From assembly GCA_944377365.1 (NCBI GenBank), contig CALWEQ010000010.1:4304-68303 (forward strand): a stretch of DNA of 64,000 bases, written 5' to 3'. Below are positions 47,589-57,248 of the stretch, piece by piece. The position numbers were made by a program, and so were the translations under genes. The notes beneath the pieces are model-generated. The model was not told the DNA's origin. It did no database searches and saw only the letters and a program-made list of their open reading frames with translations. Origin of the DNA: an uncultured Clostridia bacterium (lineage in GTDB: Bacteria; Bacillota; Clostridia; Christensenellales; UBA1242). Numbering within the stretch: position 1 is the stretch's first letter; each line of letters begins with the position of its first letter.

Positions 47589-48077
47589 TTAAACTTTGTT
47601 AATGTTAAGTCTAGGGCTAGTTTGAGCATGAGTTAGGGCAACTGCTAACGCATCTGCAGCGTCATCAGGTTTTGGAATATCTTTAAGCCCTAATATGCTT
47701 TTTACCATAAATTGAACTTGTTTTTTTTCTGCTCTTCCCTGTCCTGTAAGTGCTTGTTTGATTTGCATAGGAGTGTATTCATAAATGTTTTCGCAAAATT
47801 TTTGTGCAGTTAAAAGTATAACGCCCCTTGCTTCTGCCACAGGTATGATAGTCTTTTGATTTTTAAAGTAAAAAAGTTCTTCTATTGCCACGGCATCTGG
47901 AGTATATGCCTTAAAAAGCGAAATTAAAGCGCTTTCTATGTTTTTTAACCTTATTGCAATAGAATCTTCTTTTGGGGTTGTTATAACACCATAATCAATC
48001 ACTTTATTGTCTTTTGTCGTGTCGATTACGCCGTAGCCAATAATAGCATAACCAGGGTCAATACCAAGAACTTTCAT
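47589..48077 (-). CDS. ruvC: Crossover junction endodeoxyribonuclease RuvC
   Basis: MKVLGIDPGYAIIGYG...AIEELFYFKN...DAADALAVAL catalytic acidic residues. The start is the ATG at 48077. Confidence 0.9.
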   Translation of the reverse strand: MKVLGIDPGYAIIGYGVIDTTKDNKVIDYGVITTPKEDSIAIRLKNIESALISLFKAYTPDAVAIEELFYFKNQKTIIPVAEARGVILLTAQKFCENIYEYTPMQIKQALTGQGRAEKKQVQFMVKSILGLKDIPKPDDAADALAVALTHAQTSPRLNINKV

Positions 48078-48232
48078 ATAAAAAGTATAATATATTGGCT
48101 TAAATAAAGTCAAACAAAAAACAAATAGTTGCGGTTTTTGTAGAATAATTTTTATAAAGGAGTGCAATTTGATTTGACCATAAAAAAGTTTGTGCGTTAC
48201 ACAAAATCACGAACATATTAATGCATAAAATA

Positions 48233-48260
48233 TAAAAAAACTTGTTAAATAAAACAAGTT
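48233..48260 (-). terminator. Rho-independent terminator after the yebC-like gene
   Basis: Minus strand: AACTTGTT-TTATTT-AACAAGTT followed by a T-run. Confidence 0.6.
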
Positions 48261-48267
48261 CTTTTAA

Positions 48268-49002
48268 TTATTCTTCATCTGGTAGATTTACGTTGTGATA
48301 TACTTCTTGAACATCATCCAAATCATTTAAAACGTCCAACATTTTTTGAAATGAAACAAGCTTTGTTTGATCTAAATCTACATAAAGGTCTGGAACGAGT
48401 TGAGATTCAGCCAAGACAATATTGTAACCTTTATTTTCCAAAACTTGTTTGATTTGTGTAACATCGTTTGGCTCAGTAATGATTTCTATTTCATCATCTT
48501 CTTCAACAACGTCTTTAGCACCTGCATCAAGTGCGTCCATCATTAGCACATCACTGTCAAGTCCTTCCTCACGGGGAACAATTATGATGCCTTTCCTTTG
48601 GAAAAGATAACTGACACAACCATTAGACCCCAAACTTCCACCATGTTTGTCAAAAGCATGTCTTACATCACCTGCTGTTCTGTTTTTGTTGTCTGTGAGA
48701 CATTCTACAATGACTGCTGAACCTCCTATGCCATACCCTTCATAAACGATAGCTTCATAATTGACTGAACCAAGTTCTCCTGATGCTTTTTTTATGCTTC
48801 TTTCTATATTGTCATTTGGCATATTGTTTTGCTTCGCTTTTGAAATAACATCTCTGAGCTTTGCGTTTGTTGTAGGATCAGGACCACCAGATTTGACTGC
48901 TACTGCTAGTTCACGACCTATTTTAGTAAAAATTTTACTTCTCGCGGCATCCATCTTGCCTTTTGTGGCTTGAATATTGTGCCATTTTGAATGTCCTGAC
49001 AT
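48268..49002 (-). CDS. YebC/PmpR family DNA-binding transcriptional regulator
   Basis: [31 protein letters not shown] is the family signature. Confidence 0.92.
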   Translation of the reverse strand: MSGHSKWHNIQATKGKMDAARSKIFTKIGRELAVAVKSGGPDPTTNAKLRDVISKAKQNNMPNDNIERSIKKASGELGSVNYEAIVYEGYGIGGSAVIVECLTDNKNRTAGDVRHAFDKHGGSLGSNGCVSYLFQRKGIIIVPREEGLDSDVLMMDALDAGAKDVVEEDDEIEIITEPNDVTQIKQVLENKGYNIVLAESQLVPDLYVDLDQTKLVSFQKMLDVLNDLDDVQEVYHNVNLPDEE

Positions 49003-49013
49003 TTATATTCCTC

Positions 49014-49733
49014 CTATTTATTTTTTGTTAGTTCAAACATAATGATTGAGCCACTTACACCAGCATTTAAACTTTCAATTCCGCTATGCATTGGTATTGC
49101 AACAGAGTCTTTGCATATGCTTCTTAATTTCTCACTAACTCCGTTGCCTTCATTTCCCACAACTATGCCGACAGGCACTATTGTTGAATAGGAAAATATG
49201 TTTTTTCCTTGCATATCAGCGTAAATTAAGTTTAGATTTTCCTTTGTTGCAAATTTGCAAAAATCATCTCTATCCATAGAGTGAATAGGAATTTGAAAAA
49301 TCGCGCCTGCCGAACTTCTTATAAGTTTTGAATTTGTTGGTTTTACGCCAGAAAGTATAAAAACCCTTTCCATTCCACTTGCGAGAGCACTTCTAATAAG
49401 CGTTCCAACATTGCCTGGATCTTGCAAGCCGTCCAAAACTAAAAAATCATTTTTGGGTGTTTGCAACATATCTTGTGTGTATTCAACAACAACACACACA
49501 TTTTGTGGGGTTTTGACGTCGGTTAATTCTTTTAACAAAGATTCGTCTGCAACAAAAGTCTCGCAATCAAAAGTCATTTGATTAAAGTCTTTTGTAATCA
49601 ATGCTAATTTTGGTTTAATACCGCTGTTTATGGCATCTTTAATAATTTTGTAGTTATCTAAAAAAAGCAAAAAATCATTTTCTTTTTTTTGCTTTTTCAA
49701 ATTTTTGACAAGTGTTTTGCTTGCCTTTTGCAT
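49014..49733 (-). CDS. TrmH/SpoU family RNA 2'-O-methyltransferase (YsgA/RlmB-like)
   Basis: DGLQDPGNVGTLIRSA, VVGNEGNGVS and ESLNAGVSGSI SpoU motifs. Confidence 0.85.
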   Translation of the reverse strand: MQKASKTLVKNLKKQKKENDFLLFLDNYKIIKDAINSGIKPKLALITKDFNQMTFDCETFVADESLLKELTDVKTPQNVCVVVEYTQDMLQTPKNDFLVLDGLQDPGNVGTLIRSALASGMERVFILSGVKPTNSKLIRSSAGAIFQIPIHSMDRDDFCKFATKENLNLIYADMQGKNIFSYSTIVPVGIVVGNEGNGVSEKLRSICKDSVAIPMHSGIESLNAGVSGSIIMFELTKNK

Positions 49734-49734
49734 A

Positions 49735-50079
49735 TTAAGCTTTTACCTCGTTGACAAGAGCTGTGAAAGAGGCAGGATCTTTGACTGCGATGTCAGCAAG
49801 CACTTTTCTGTTAAGGTCAATGTTTTTTGATTTTAACCCAGCTATAAATTTGCTGTATGAAATGTCATTAAGTCTGCAAGCTGCATTTATTCTAGTGATC
49901 CAAAGACTGCGGAAATCTCTTTTCTTTTGGCGACGTCCAATGTAAGCATACATTCCGCTTTTCATAACTTGCTCACGTGCTACTCTGTAAAGTTTAGATT
50001 TTGCCCCACGATAACCTTTTGCTTGCTTTAAGATTTTTCTTCTTTTCTTTAATGCGTTTACGCTTCTTTTAATTCTCAT
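49735..50079 (-). CDS. rplT: 50S ribosomal protein L20
   Basis: [32 protein letters not shown]. Confidence 0.97.
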   Translation of the reverse strand: MRIKRSVNALKKRRKILKQAKGYRGAKSKLYRVAREQVMKSGMYAYIGRRQKKRDFRSLWITRINAACRLNDISYSKFIAGLKSKNIDLNRKVLADIAVKDPASFTALVNEVKA

Positions 50080-50091
50080 CTAACACCTCTC

Positions 50092-50286
50092 TTATTTTCC
50101 AAGTAAAGTTTTGATATTGTCTGCGTTTTTGCCTGCAATATATGAACCTTTTCTTAATTTTCTTTTTCTTGCTTGTGATTTGGTTGTCAAAAAGTGCCCC
50201 TTAGTTGGTCTAGCATATTTAACCTTTCCTGTTGCTGTAAGTTTAAAGCGCTTTTTTGCACCACTGTGTGTTTTTTGTTTTGGCAT
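50092..50286 (-). CDS. rpmI: 50S ribosomal protein L35
   Basis: MPKQKTHSGAKKRFKLTATGKVK; 64 aa. Confidence 0.97.
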   Translation of the reverse strand: MPKQKTHSGAKKRFKLTATGKVKYARPTKGHFLTTKSQARKRKLRKGSYIAGKNADNIKTLLGK

Positions 50287-50301
50287 AATGTTTTTCTCCT
50301 T

Positions 50302-50817
50302 TTATTTGTTGCTTTGTGGATTTACAACGGCTATAATATTTTTTCCATTGACTTCTGGCTCTTTGTCGCAAGTGCCGTAGCCAGCGAGTTTAGCTATAAA
50401 ATTTTTTACAACATCAACACAAGTCTTTGTGTAGGCCTGTTGTCTACCCCTCATGCGTAATGTTATTTTAACTTTGTTTCCGTCGGTTAAAAATTTTATT
50501 GCATTTGTTACGCGATAGGCAATGTCATGGTCACTTATGGTCATTGAAAGTTGAATTTCTTTAATCTCAATAGTTTTTTGATTTTTACGTAATTCTTTTT
50601 CTTTCTTTATGCTGTCAAATTTATATTTACCATAATCCATTAATTTGCACACTGCAGGTTTTGCTCCGCCATTCATTAGCACAAGGTCAAGGCCCTTTTC
50701 GTCTGCTATTGATTGTGCCGATGCGAGTGACATGACTCCAAGCTGGGATCCGTCATCTCCTATTAACCTTACCTCATCAGCGGTAATTTGATCGTTGATT
50801 AACAATTCTTTAAAAAT
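50302..50817 (-). CDS. infC: Translation initiation factor IF-3 (probable AUU start)
   Basis: INDQITADEVRLIGDDG...LVLMNGGAKPAVCKLMDYGKYKF. An in-frame ATT at 50817 lies 9 nt after a GGAG RBS and gives IFKELLINDQI; the ORF track uses the TTG at 50805. Confidence 0.9.
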   Translation of the reverse strand: MFKELLINDQITADEVRLIGDDGSQLGVMSLASAQSIADEKGLDLVLMNGGAKPAVCKLMDYGKYKFDSIKKEKELRKNQKTIEIKEIQLSMTISDHDIAYRVTNAIKFLTDGNKVKITLRMRGRQQAYTKTCVDVVKNFIAKLAGYGTCDKEPEVNGKNIIAVVNPQSNK

Positions 50818-50836
50818 AGTCGTGTTCTCCTTTTAT

Positions 50837-50869
50837 AAAAAAAATTGGCAGAATGCAAAAGCTCCACCA
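50837..50869 (-). promoter_or_regulatory. Terminator-like attenuator in the infC leader (candidate L20-responsive leader element)
   Basis: Minus strand: TGGTGGA-GCTTTTGCAT-TCTGCCA (two G-U pairs) followed by AATTTTTTTT, about 20 nt upstream of the infC start. A TTGACA -35-like hexamer (-10 only weakly matched) lies about 160 nt further upstream. Confidence 0.4.
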
Positions 50870-51047
50870 AAACAACTCATATAATAAGCAAATTATGCTT
50901 TTATGTTTGTTACACGGTCTAAATCAAATAATTGTTTGACCGGTGAGAAGTGGTCTTCTGCTTTCGTCTTGATAATAATAACATATACCAAATCATAATG
51001 TCAAGCATTTTTAGTTATTTTTCTTTAATTTTAAAAGAAAATGACAA

Positions 51048-51623
51048 TTACTTAGATTTGAACACAAAAAATTTTTCTATGATTTTCCCTAATCTTAAAA
51101 TTATATGATTTGCGTTTTTTATTGCACGTCCTTTCATGATAGCTTTAAAAAAAACAATTAAGCCAGCTATCAGAGAACTGACCATAGTTGAAATAATAAC
51201 TATAACGCTAGGAGAAGAGATGTTTTTAGATAAACTCATGATTATGCATGCCCCTCCTGCTCCACTTAAAATGCCACAAATGTCACCGACCACATCTGCG
51301 CAGAAAGAGCATACTTTTTCGGAATTATTGCTAAGCTTGAGCGCCACTTGTGCACCTGATTGTTTTTTCTCTATAAGCTCTAAGAAATATTGTTCATCAC
51401 AGCTTGTAACAGCTATGCCAATCATATCAAAAACTACGCTGATTACTATAAACAAAAATATTAGCATTGTCGCGACAATTACACCTAAAGTGCTTAATAT
51501 TGACTGACTTATAATCGAAAAAATACTAGAAAGGCACACTGACACAACAAACATCTTTATGGCCCAGCGATAACGTTTGAATTCTATTGCTTGAATTTTT
51601 GCTTTTTTGTTTTTGTCTTTCAC
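51048..51623 (-). CDS. Hypothetical integral membrane protein (about 4 TM segments)
   Basis: Hydrophobic helices FVVSVCLSSIFSIISQSILS, LGVIVATMLIFLFIVISVVF, GDICGILSGAGGACIIM and VIVIISTMVSSLIAGLIVFF. I recognise no family. Confidence 0.5.
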   Translation of the reverse strand: MKDKNKKAKIQAIEFKRYRWAIKMFVVSVCLSSIFSIISQSILSTLGVIVATMLIFLFIVISVVFDMIGIAVTSCDEQYFLELIEKKQSGAQVALKLSNNSEKVCSFCADVVGDICGILSGAGGACIIMSLSKNISSPSVIVIISTMVSSLIAGLIVFFKAIMKGRAIKNANHIILRLGKIIEKFFVFKSK

Positions 51624-51689
51624 AAAATTAGTATATTTTTAGTCAAGTGCCAATATGAAAAATAAGAAAGAAAGTTAAAGAAAACAGAA

Positions 51690-51900
51690 AGAAAAAGTTA
51701 TGATAAGTAAAATAAAAAGTTATAAAGAATAAAAAAGAAATTTTATAAAAATCAAAATAAAAAGTTATGAAAAATAAAAATTAAAAGTTATGATAAGTAA
51801 AAATGAAAAGTTATAAAAAATAGAAAGAATATGTTAATCAAAAACAACAACACAAAAGAAAGTAGTTATAAAATCATAACATAATAGTCGCAAACAACAT
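51690..51900. repeat. A-rich array with a 22-23 bp period (AAAAGTTAT-type repeats)
   Basis: AAAAGTTAT starts at 51693, 51715, 51760, 51783 and 51806, giving spacings of 22, 45, 23 and 23. AAAAGTTATGATAAGTAAAA occurs twice, 90 bp apart. Confidence 0.7.
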
Positions 51901-51910
51901 GCATAAATTG

Positions 51911-53611
51911 TTAGTAAACTATGATTTCGTCCAATTTTTTTGATAATGCTTCTTCACTAACAAAAAACTTTTCGCCTGTCGCTCTGACAGAAATTTCTAT
52001 ATTTCCATTTTCTATAGTCTTAGGACTGATCACTATGCGAACAGGTATGCCCATAAGTTCACTGTCAGTAAGTTTTGTCCCAGCTGATGCTATTCTGTCG
52101 TCATACAACACTTCAAAATTTTCTGCTTGAAGTCTAGCATACAACTTTTCTGCCTGTCTACGTACGTTTTCATCGTCCAAACGTAAAGGACAAAGGTAGA
52201 TGTGCCATGGAGCTATTGACATAGGCCAACATAAGCCTTTTTCATCACTGCTCTCTTCGGCTATGCTTGCCAAGCATCTGCCAACACCGATGCCGTAGCA
52301 CCCCATAATTGGATTGATCGTTGAACCATCTGGTAGTGAAACCGTTAATCCCATTTGTTTTGTGTAGCGTGTGCCTAATTGGAAAATGTTTCCTATTTCT
52401 ATTCCGCGTTTTACCAAAAGTTTGTTGCCACACACTGGACATTTTTCTCCCTCTTTAACTTTTGATATGTCTACATATTTCTCAGGGCGAACATCTCTTG
52501 TCATGCTCACACCTATAAAATGATAACCTTCTTTGTTTGCACCTGTAACAAAGCTTTCTAGCCCTTCTAATGACTTGTCATAATAGATTTCGGCGTTTTC
52601 AATGTTCAAATTAATGCAACCTATATTTCCCTTAACAAGTCCGCTTTCTGTTAAATCTTTTATTGCAATATCTGCGCCAACTATCGCTTTTAGTTTTGCT
52701 TCGTTGACTTCTTTGTCCCCTCTTAAAAAAGCGATAACAACACGTTCGCTGTCACCTATAACAGCATAGCAAACTGCCTTTGCAATTTGATTAGGAGTTT
52801 TGTTTAAGTTTGAGCACACCTCGTCTATTGTTTTTGCTTCACCAGTGAACACTTCGGTTTTGACACCAAATATGTGCTCGTTTTCCTCTGGTATAGAAGT
52901 CGCAACGTCGACGTTTGATGATGTGTCACAATGTGGGCAAACGATGATAGTGTCTTCACCTATGTCAGTAAGCAATTGGAATTCGTCTGCTACTTTGCCA
53001 CCCATCATGCCTGAATCAGAATGAACGGAAATAACTTTTTTCATGCCCATACGGTTGAATATTCTAAAATAAGAGTCGTAAACTTTTTTATAATATTGCT
53101 CTAGGTCAGTCTGGTTTTCATGAAAAGAATAAGCATCTTTCATCGTAAACTCTTTTACTCTTATAAGTCCAGCTCTTGGACGAGCTTCATCTCTATATTT
53201 TGTTTGAATCTGATAAATCATAAATGGCAACTGATCATAGCTTTTTAAACTTCCTAAAACTGCATGCACGGCAGCTTCCTCATGCGTCATGCCAAGCACC
53301 ATATCGTGCCCTGTTCGGTCTTTAAAACGTAAAAGTTCTTCAGCTATTGAACTGTATCTCCCTGACAAATCCCATAATTCTCTTGGCATAACCACAGGGA
53401 AAAGACATTCCTGACCATCTAGTGCGTCCATCTCTTCACGAATAATTTCTTGCAATTTTAAATTTATCCTTTGAGCTGGAGGAAGTAAAGTGTAAATACC
53501 GTTTGACACCTGTTTTATGTAGCCAGCTCGAATTAAATACGCATGACTTTTTGAAGTTACGCCGGCTGGTGCATCTTTAAGACGTTCTCCTACAAGTTTG
53601 GATAATTTCAT
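51911..53611 (-). CDS. proS: Proline--tRNA ligase (bacterial type with editing insertion)
   Basis: MKLSKLVGERLKDAP...AGYIKQVSNGIYTLLP...RPRAGLIRVKEFTMKDAYSF; 566 aa. Confidence 0.95.
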   Translation of the reverse strand: MKLSKLVGERLKDAPAGVTSKSHAYLIRAGYIKQVSNGIYTLLPPAQRINLKLQEIIREEMDALDGQECLFPVVMPRELWDLSGRYSSIAEELLRFKDRTGHDMVLGMTHEEAAVHAVLGSLKSYDQLPFMIYQIQTKYRDEARPRAGLIRVKEFTMKDAYSFHENQTDLEQYYKKVYDSYFRIFNRMGMKKVISVHSDSGMMGGKVADEFQLLTDIGEDTIIVCPHCDTSSNVDVATSIPEENEHIFGVKTEVFTGEAKTIDEVCSNLNKTPNQIAKAVCYAVIGDSERVVIAFLRGDKEVNEAKLKAIVGADIAIKDLTESGLVKGNIGCINLNIENAEIYYDKSLEGLESFVTGANKEGYHFIGVSMTRDVRPEKYVDISKVKEGEKCPVCGNKLLVKRGIEIGNIFQLGTRYTKQMGLTVSLPDGSTINPIMGCYGIGVGRCLASIAEESSDEKGLCWPMSIAPWHIYLCPLRLDDENVRRQAEKLYARLQAENFEVLYDDRIASAGTKLTDSELMGIPVRIVISPKTIENGNIEISVRATGEKFFVSEEALSKKLDEIIVY

Positions 53612-53826
53612 TCTTCTTCCTCCATTTTTAAACCATCAATAGTTTTCTTTATCGTCAGCATTTTGCCTTTTACAACTTTAAGATGATCATAACAAATTTT
53701 AATTAGATTTGCTCCGTCTTCAAAAAGTTTTGAGGCTTGTTCGAGTGTTATGTTTTGTGCTGAAAGTTTTTCGTTGATTTCATTCAGCTTTTTTATTGCA
53801 TCTTCGTAACTTAAATTTTCAGACAT
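53608..53826 (-). CDS. xseB: Exodeoxyribonuclease VII small subunit
   Basis: 72 aa, SYEDAIKKLNEINEKL...LEQASKLFEDG. Overlaps the end of xseA. Confidence 0.9.
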   Translation of the reverse strand: MSENLSYEDAIKKLNEINEKLSAQNITLEQASKLFEDGANLIKICYDHLKVVKGKMLTIKKTIDGLKMEEEE

Positions 53827-54940
53827 TTTTCACCTCTTCTGGTTTAGCAACAACTTTGCCATCATAAAATAAAATATCTAGTTTTGATGATAACACAATA
53901 TCTTTTGCCTTGTCAACAACTTTGCCATTTTGTTCAACTTTTGCATAACCTCTTTTTAATATTGCCTTTGGATCTAGCCCAATCAAAGTTTTGTCTAAAA
54001 GAGCAAGTTCGTATTCTCTATCACGCAAAAGCATATCAACGTTTTTAACATAATTTTCTTTTGCAGTTTGCAATTTAGCAGTCAATTCAAAGCTAATTTT
54101 GTCAATATTATTTTTAAAAGAAAACAATAAATTTTCAAATTGAGTCCTTCTTTTGCTAACATCCTCCGTCAAAAGTTCGGCAGCTGCAGAAGGTGTTGGA
54201 GCTCTTAAATCGCTGACAAAATCTATTATTGTAAAATCTGTTTCATGACCCACTGCCGAAATAATTGGCTTGTTGCAAGCAAAAGTTGCTCGCGCAACTC
54301 GTTCAGTGTTGTAAGCACTTAAATCCTCCATTGAGCCTCCGCCTCTAGCAACTACTATCACGTCAATCTTGTCGAAATTTGACAAATCTTCAATAGCTTT
54401 TGCAATTTCTTCTTCGGCATTTTTGCCTTGAACTTTTGTTGGATATATTGCAATGTTTACCGAAGGGTTTCTGCGAGAACAGACACTGTAAATGTCATGA
54501 ATAACAGCGCCGTCTTTAGAAGTGATGACGCCTATTGTTTTTACATCTTTTGGAATTGGTTTTTTGTTTTTTGCATCAAACAAACCTTCTTTTTCTAATT
54601 TGTCTTTCATCATTAAAAATTGCATATAAAGTTCGCCTTGACCAAATTTTTCGGCTTTGTTGACAACAAAAGAAAGTCTTCCGCCTTTGATATAGTAATT
54701 TGGAGAACCTGTTACTGTTATCTTACTTCCCTCTTCAAAATTGTCAAAAATTTGACTAATAAAAGAAACACAGTTAATAGCACTTGTTTCATCTTTTAAA
54801 GAAAAATAAATTGCATTGCGTGTTTTAGATATGCCAAAAACTTCTCCAACAATCTTTATGTTATGGAGAAGTTCTTCCGCATCAAATATTTGTTTGATAT
54901 AGGTGTTATATTGCGTTACTGTAAGAGTGCTTAGTGGCAT
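53819..54940 (-). CDS. xseA: Exodeoxyribonuclease VII large subunit
   Basis: LTVTQYNTYIKQIF...GEVFGISK (OB fold), VITSKDGAVIHDI, ARGGGSMEDL. Confidence 0.92.
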   Translation of the reverse strand: MPLSTLTVTQYNTYIKQIFDAEELLHNIKIVGEVFGISKTRNAIYFSLKDETSAINCVSFISQIFDNFEEGSKITVTGSPNYYIKGGRLSFVVNKAEKFGQGELYMQFLMMKDKLEKEGLFDAKNKKPIPKDVKTIGVITSKDGAVIHDIYSVCSRRNPSVNIAIYPTKVQGKNAEEEIAKAIEDLSNFDKIDVIVVARGGGSMEDLSAYNTERVARATFACNKPIISAVGHETDFTIIDFVSDLRAPTPSAAAELLTEDVSKRRTQFENLLFSFKNNIDKISFELTAKLQTAKENYVKNVDMLLRDREYELALLDKTLIGLDPKAILKRGYAKVEQNGKVVDKAKDIVLSSKLDILFYDGKVVAKPEEVKNV

Positions 54941-55317
54941 TAATTCTCCTTTAAAGCACTGCTAAGTACGCCGTTGATAAAACGAGGAGAATCATTTGTT
55001 GAATAAATCTTTGCTATTTCAACCACCTCATTAATTACAACAGGAGCAGGAGTTTTTAAATATTCAATTTCTGTAATTGCTTCGCAAAGCAATGCTAAAT
55101 CAATTTTATAAACCCTATCTATTGAATAATCAACCAATAGTTTTTGTATTTTGCTTTCTATTTGATCTTTATTGTTTGTGTATGCAGAAAAAATTTGTTG
55201 AGCAAAATCTTTGTCTTTTTCATTTAATTCTGCCAACAATTCTTCATCTTCTGGAGCTTCTGTAAAAAATCTTTCGAAGATCATTTTAAAGGCTTGAACA
55301 CGCGAATTACGCCTCAT
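54940..55317 (-). CDS. nusB: Transcription antitermination factor NusB
   Basis: MRRNSRVQAFKMIF...INEVVEIAKIY...RFINGVL. The ATG at 55317 directly follows the upstream stop. Confidence 0.9.
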   Translation of the reverse strand: MRRNSRVQAFKMIFERFFTEAPEDEELLAELNEKDKDFAQQIFSAYTNNKDQIESKIQKLLVDYSIDRVYKIDLALLCEAITEIEYLKTPAPVVINEVVEIAKIYSTNDSPRFINGVLSSALKEN

Positions 55318-55318
55318 T

Positions 55319-55690
55319 CTAAACCCCACTGTCAATTCTGTCGCATATGACGTCCATGATGTGAACGTTTATGTTTGACGTTTTAATTTCGACCATGCTC
55401 GAAAGATTGTTTTTCACATTTTCTTGGATTTTAAAAGCAAGTTCAGGCGCACTCTCACCGATATAAACATCAACGTAAACGTCAACTTTAACCGATCCAT
55501 TTGCATCAAATCTAACAACAACGCCTTCGCTTTCTTCATCTTTGAAAAGTTTTTTGAACCATGAAGTTTTGCTTTTAGAAAGTCTTGCCACGCCTTTTAT
55601 TTCTTTTGTCGCAAGACTGACAATAGATGCTAAAATTGCTTTGTCGCAAGTTATCTTTCCGCCTTCTCCATAAAGTTTTGTGTCTGCCAT
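55319..55690 (-). CDS. Asp23/Gls24 family envelope stress protein (YqhY-like)
   Basis: KAILASIVSLATKEIKGVARL...VDVYVDVYIG...APELAFKIQENV. Confidence 0.88.
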   Translation of the reverse strand: MADTKLYGEGGKITCDKAILASIVSLATKEIKGVARLSKSKTSWFKKLFKDEESEGVVVRFDANGSVKVDVYVDVYIGESAPELAFKIQENVKNNLSSMVEIKTSNINVHIMDVICDRIDSGV

Positions 55691-55743
55691 AATTATCTCC
55701 CAATTTATGAGAGTATTATAACATATTAAATGATAATTTCAAA

Positions 55744-56214
55744 CTATATAACTGGAATAACATCAATATTTTCCAATCCAAGTCCTAAATAACTTTCAGA
55801 AATTTCAACTATTTGAGCATTTTGGGCATCAGTCATGGTTGCTGAATCAATCATTATTGTAACTTTAGTTGGAGAAATTGCAATCACACAATCGCCAAAT
55901 CCTAACCCTTTAATAAGGCCTTCAACTTTCACTTCCGTGTCCATTTGCGCAATTAAAGCTTCTTTTGCAGCAGTAGCACTAGCTATTTCCTCAGCTGAGG
56001 CAGTTTCGCTACTTGCTATGGCTTCATAATACAAAAGCATTTGATCACGTTGTGTTTCTCTATCTTGCCTATATGCTGCAAAATATGAGGTTGTAACAGT
56101 TGAACTAACTGGCGTGTCGTCAACAGAGTTGTTTAAGGCGATGTTAAGATAGCCTGTAACACCTAATAGGACTATCATGACTGCGACTATAATAATTTTT
56201 GTTCTTTTTTTCAT
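55744..56214 (-). CDS. spoIIIAH: Stage III sporulation protein AH
   Basis: N-terminal TM segment MKKRTKIIIVAVMIVLLGVTGYLN and C-terminal YscJ/FliF-like region. Last gene of the spoIIIA cluster. Confidence 0.8.
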   Translation of the reverse strand: MKKRTKIIIVAVMIVLLGVTGYLNIALNNSVDDTPVSSTVTTSYFAAYRQDRETQRDQMLLYYEAIASSETASAEEIASATAAKEALIAQMDTEVKVEGLIKGLGFGDCVIAISPTKVTIMIDSATMTDAQNAQIVEISESYLGLGLENIDVIPVI

Positions 56215-56226
56215 ATTATTCTCCTT

Positions 56227-56748
56227 TTAAGAACGCGCTAAAATGATTATGTTGTCGTTTGAAACTTCTACGGCTGAATTTATAGCATTTAACAAATTGA
56301 GTTTTACTGTTATGTCATCTGCACCACTTGCAGTAACCAAAACACCTTTTATTGTCGGAAATATTTCTTGTGTCAGCACAGGCTCGCCGTTTACGAGGAC
56401 AACAGATGTCGTAGTTTGTGTGCCAGAAGAAGTTTCTTTGACGCTTTCTTCGGTGGCGTAAACATATTCAAATCCATTTTCAAGCGTAATTGCAACGCTC
56501 ACCTCGCCTGCGCCTTTCACCGTTGAAAGAAGATTTTCAAGTTTGTTTTCAAGCGAAGAAGCATATTGGTCAGCTGACGAAGAAATTGTTTGCTGATTTT
56601 CAGTCTGCTCATTCGAAGATCCTTGGAAGGAAAAGTAAACTACAAGAAGGATTAGAGCAAACAAGATGGCCAGTCCTATTTGCACTTTTCTGTTTGTTTT
56701 TAGCAATGAAACAAGTTTTTCAAATTTTTCTGAAAACCTATCTTTCAA
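56227..56748 (-). CDS. spoIIIAG: Stage III sporulation protein AG
   Basis: TM segment VQIGLAILFALILLVVYF, then GAGEVSVAITLENG...TSVVLVNGEPVLTQEIFPTIKGVLVTASGA. The TTG start at 56748 follows a GGAAGGTG RBS. Confidence 0.82.
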   Translation of the reverse strand: MKDRFSEKFEKLVSLLKTNRKVQIGLAILFALILLVVYFSFQGSSNEQTENQQTISSSADQYASSLENKLENLLSTVKGAGEVSVAITLENGFEYVYATEESVKETSSGTQTTTSVVLVNGEPVLTQEIFPTIKGVLVTASGADDITVKLNLLNAINSAVEVSNDNIIILARS

Positions 56749-57238
56749 AGTGCACCTTCCTTTCTTCGACGTTCGCGTAAGAGACAACAATTTTTAAAAT
56801 CTCCTTTTCGATGTCTATAATATTTGTATGTTCAGCCTTGTCCGTTATGACTAAATTTGAAAGTTCGACATATATCGCATCGACAATAAACGACGTAGAG
56901 TAATTGTTGGAAGAAACGTTTACTTCGACATTGTCATATCCGGCTTCGTTTATTGCTAAAACGAGTTCTTGTTGAAGAGCTTCTGTTTTGTAGACGTTTA
57001 GCTGAAACAGATAGTCCTCTTGCAAAGTAAATTCTTCTTGCGTTAATATTTGTGAATAATCAAACTTTTTCCCTACTAATGACGGCAATGGTGCAACTAT
57101 GACAAGAACAACCAAAAATGAAAATATTGATCGAATATATTTGTTAAGAGAGCCTTCTGGTAAAATCAGTTCAACTATGACGGAGATTATGACAATTCCA
57201 GCTATTGACAATATCCAACTTGAAACTGAAGAAAACAT
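56738..57238 (-). CDS. spoIIIAF: Stage III sporulation protein AF
   Basis: MFSSVSSWILSIAGIVIISVIVELILPEG is the typical SpoIIIAF N-terminus. The ATG follows an AAGGAGG RBS. Confidence 0.85.
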   Translation of the reverse strand: MFSSVSSWILSIAGIVIISVIVELILPEGSLNKYIRSIFSFLVVLVIVAPLPSLVGKKFDYSQILTQEEFTLQEDYLFQLNVYKTEALQQELVLAINEAGYDNVEVNVSSNNYSTSFIVDAIYVELSNLVITDKAEHTNIIDIEKEILKIVVSYANVEERKVHFER

Positions 57239-57248
57239 TTTGACCTCC

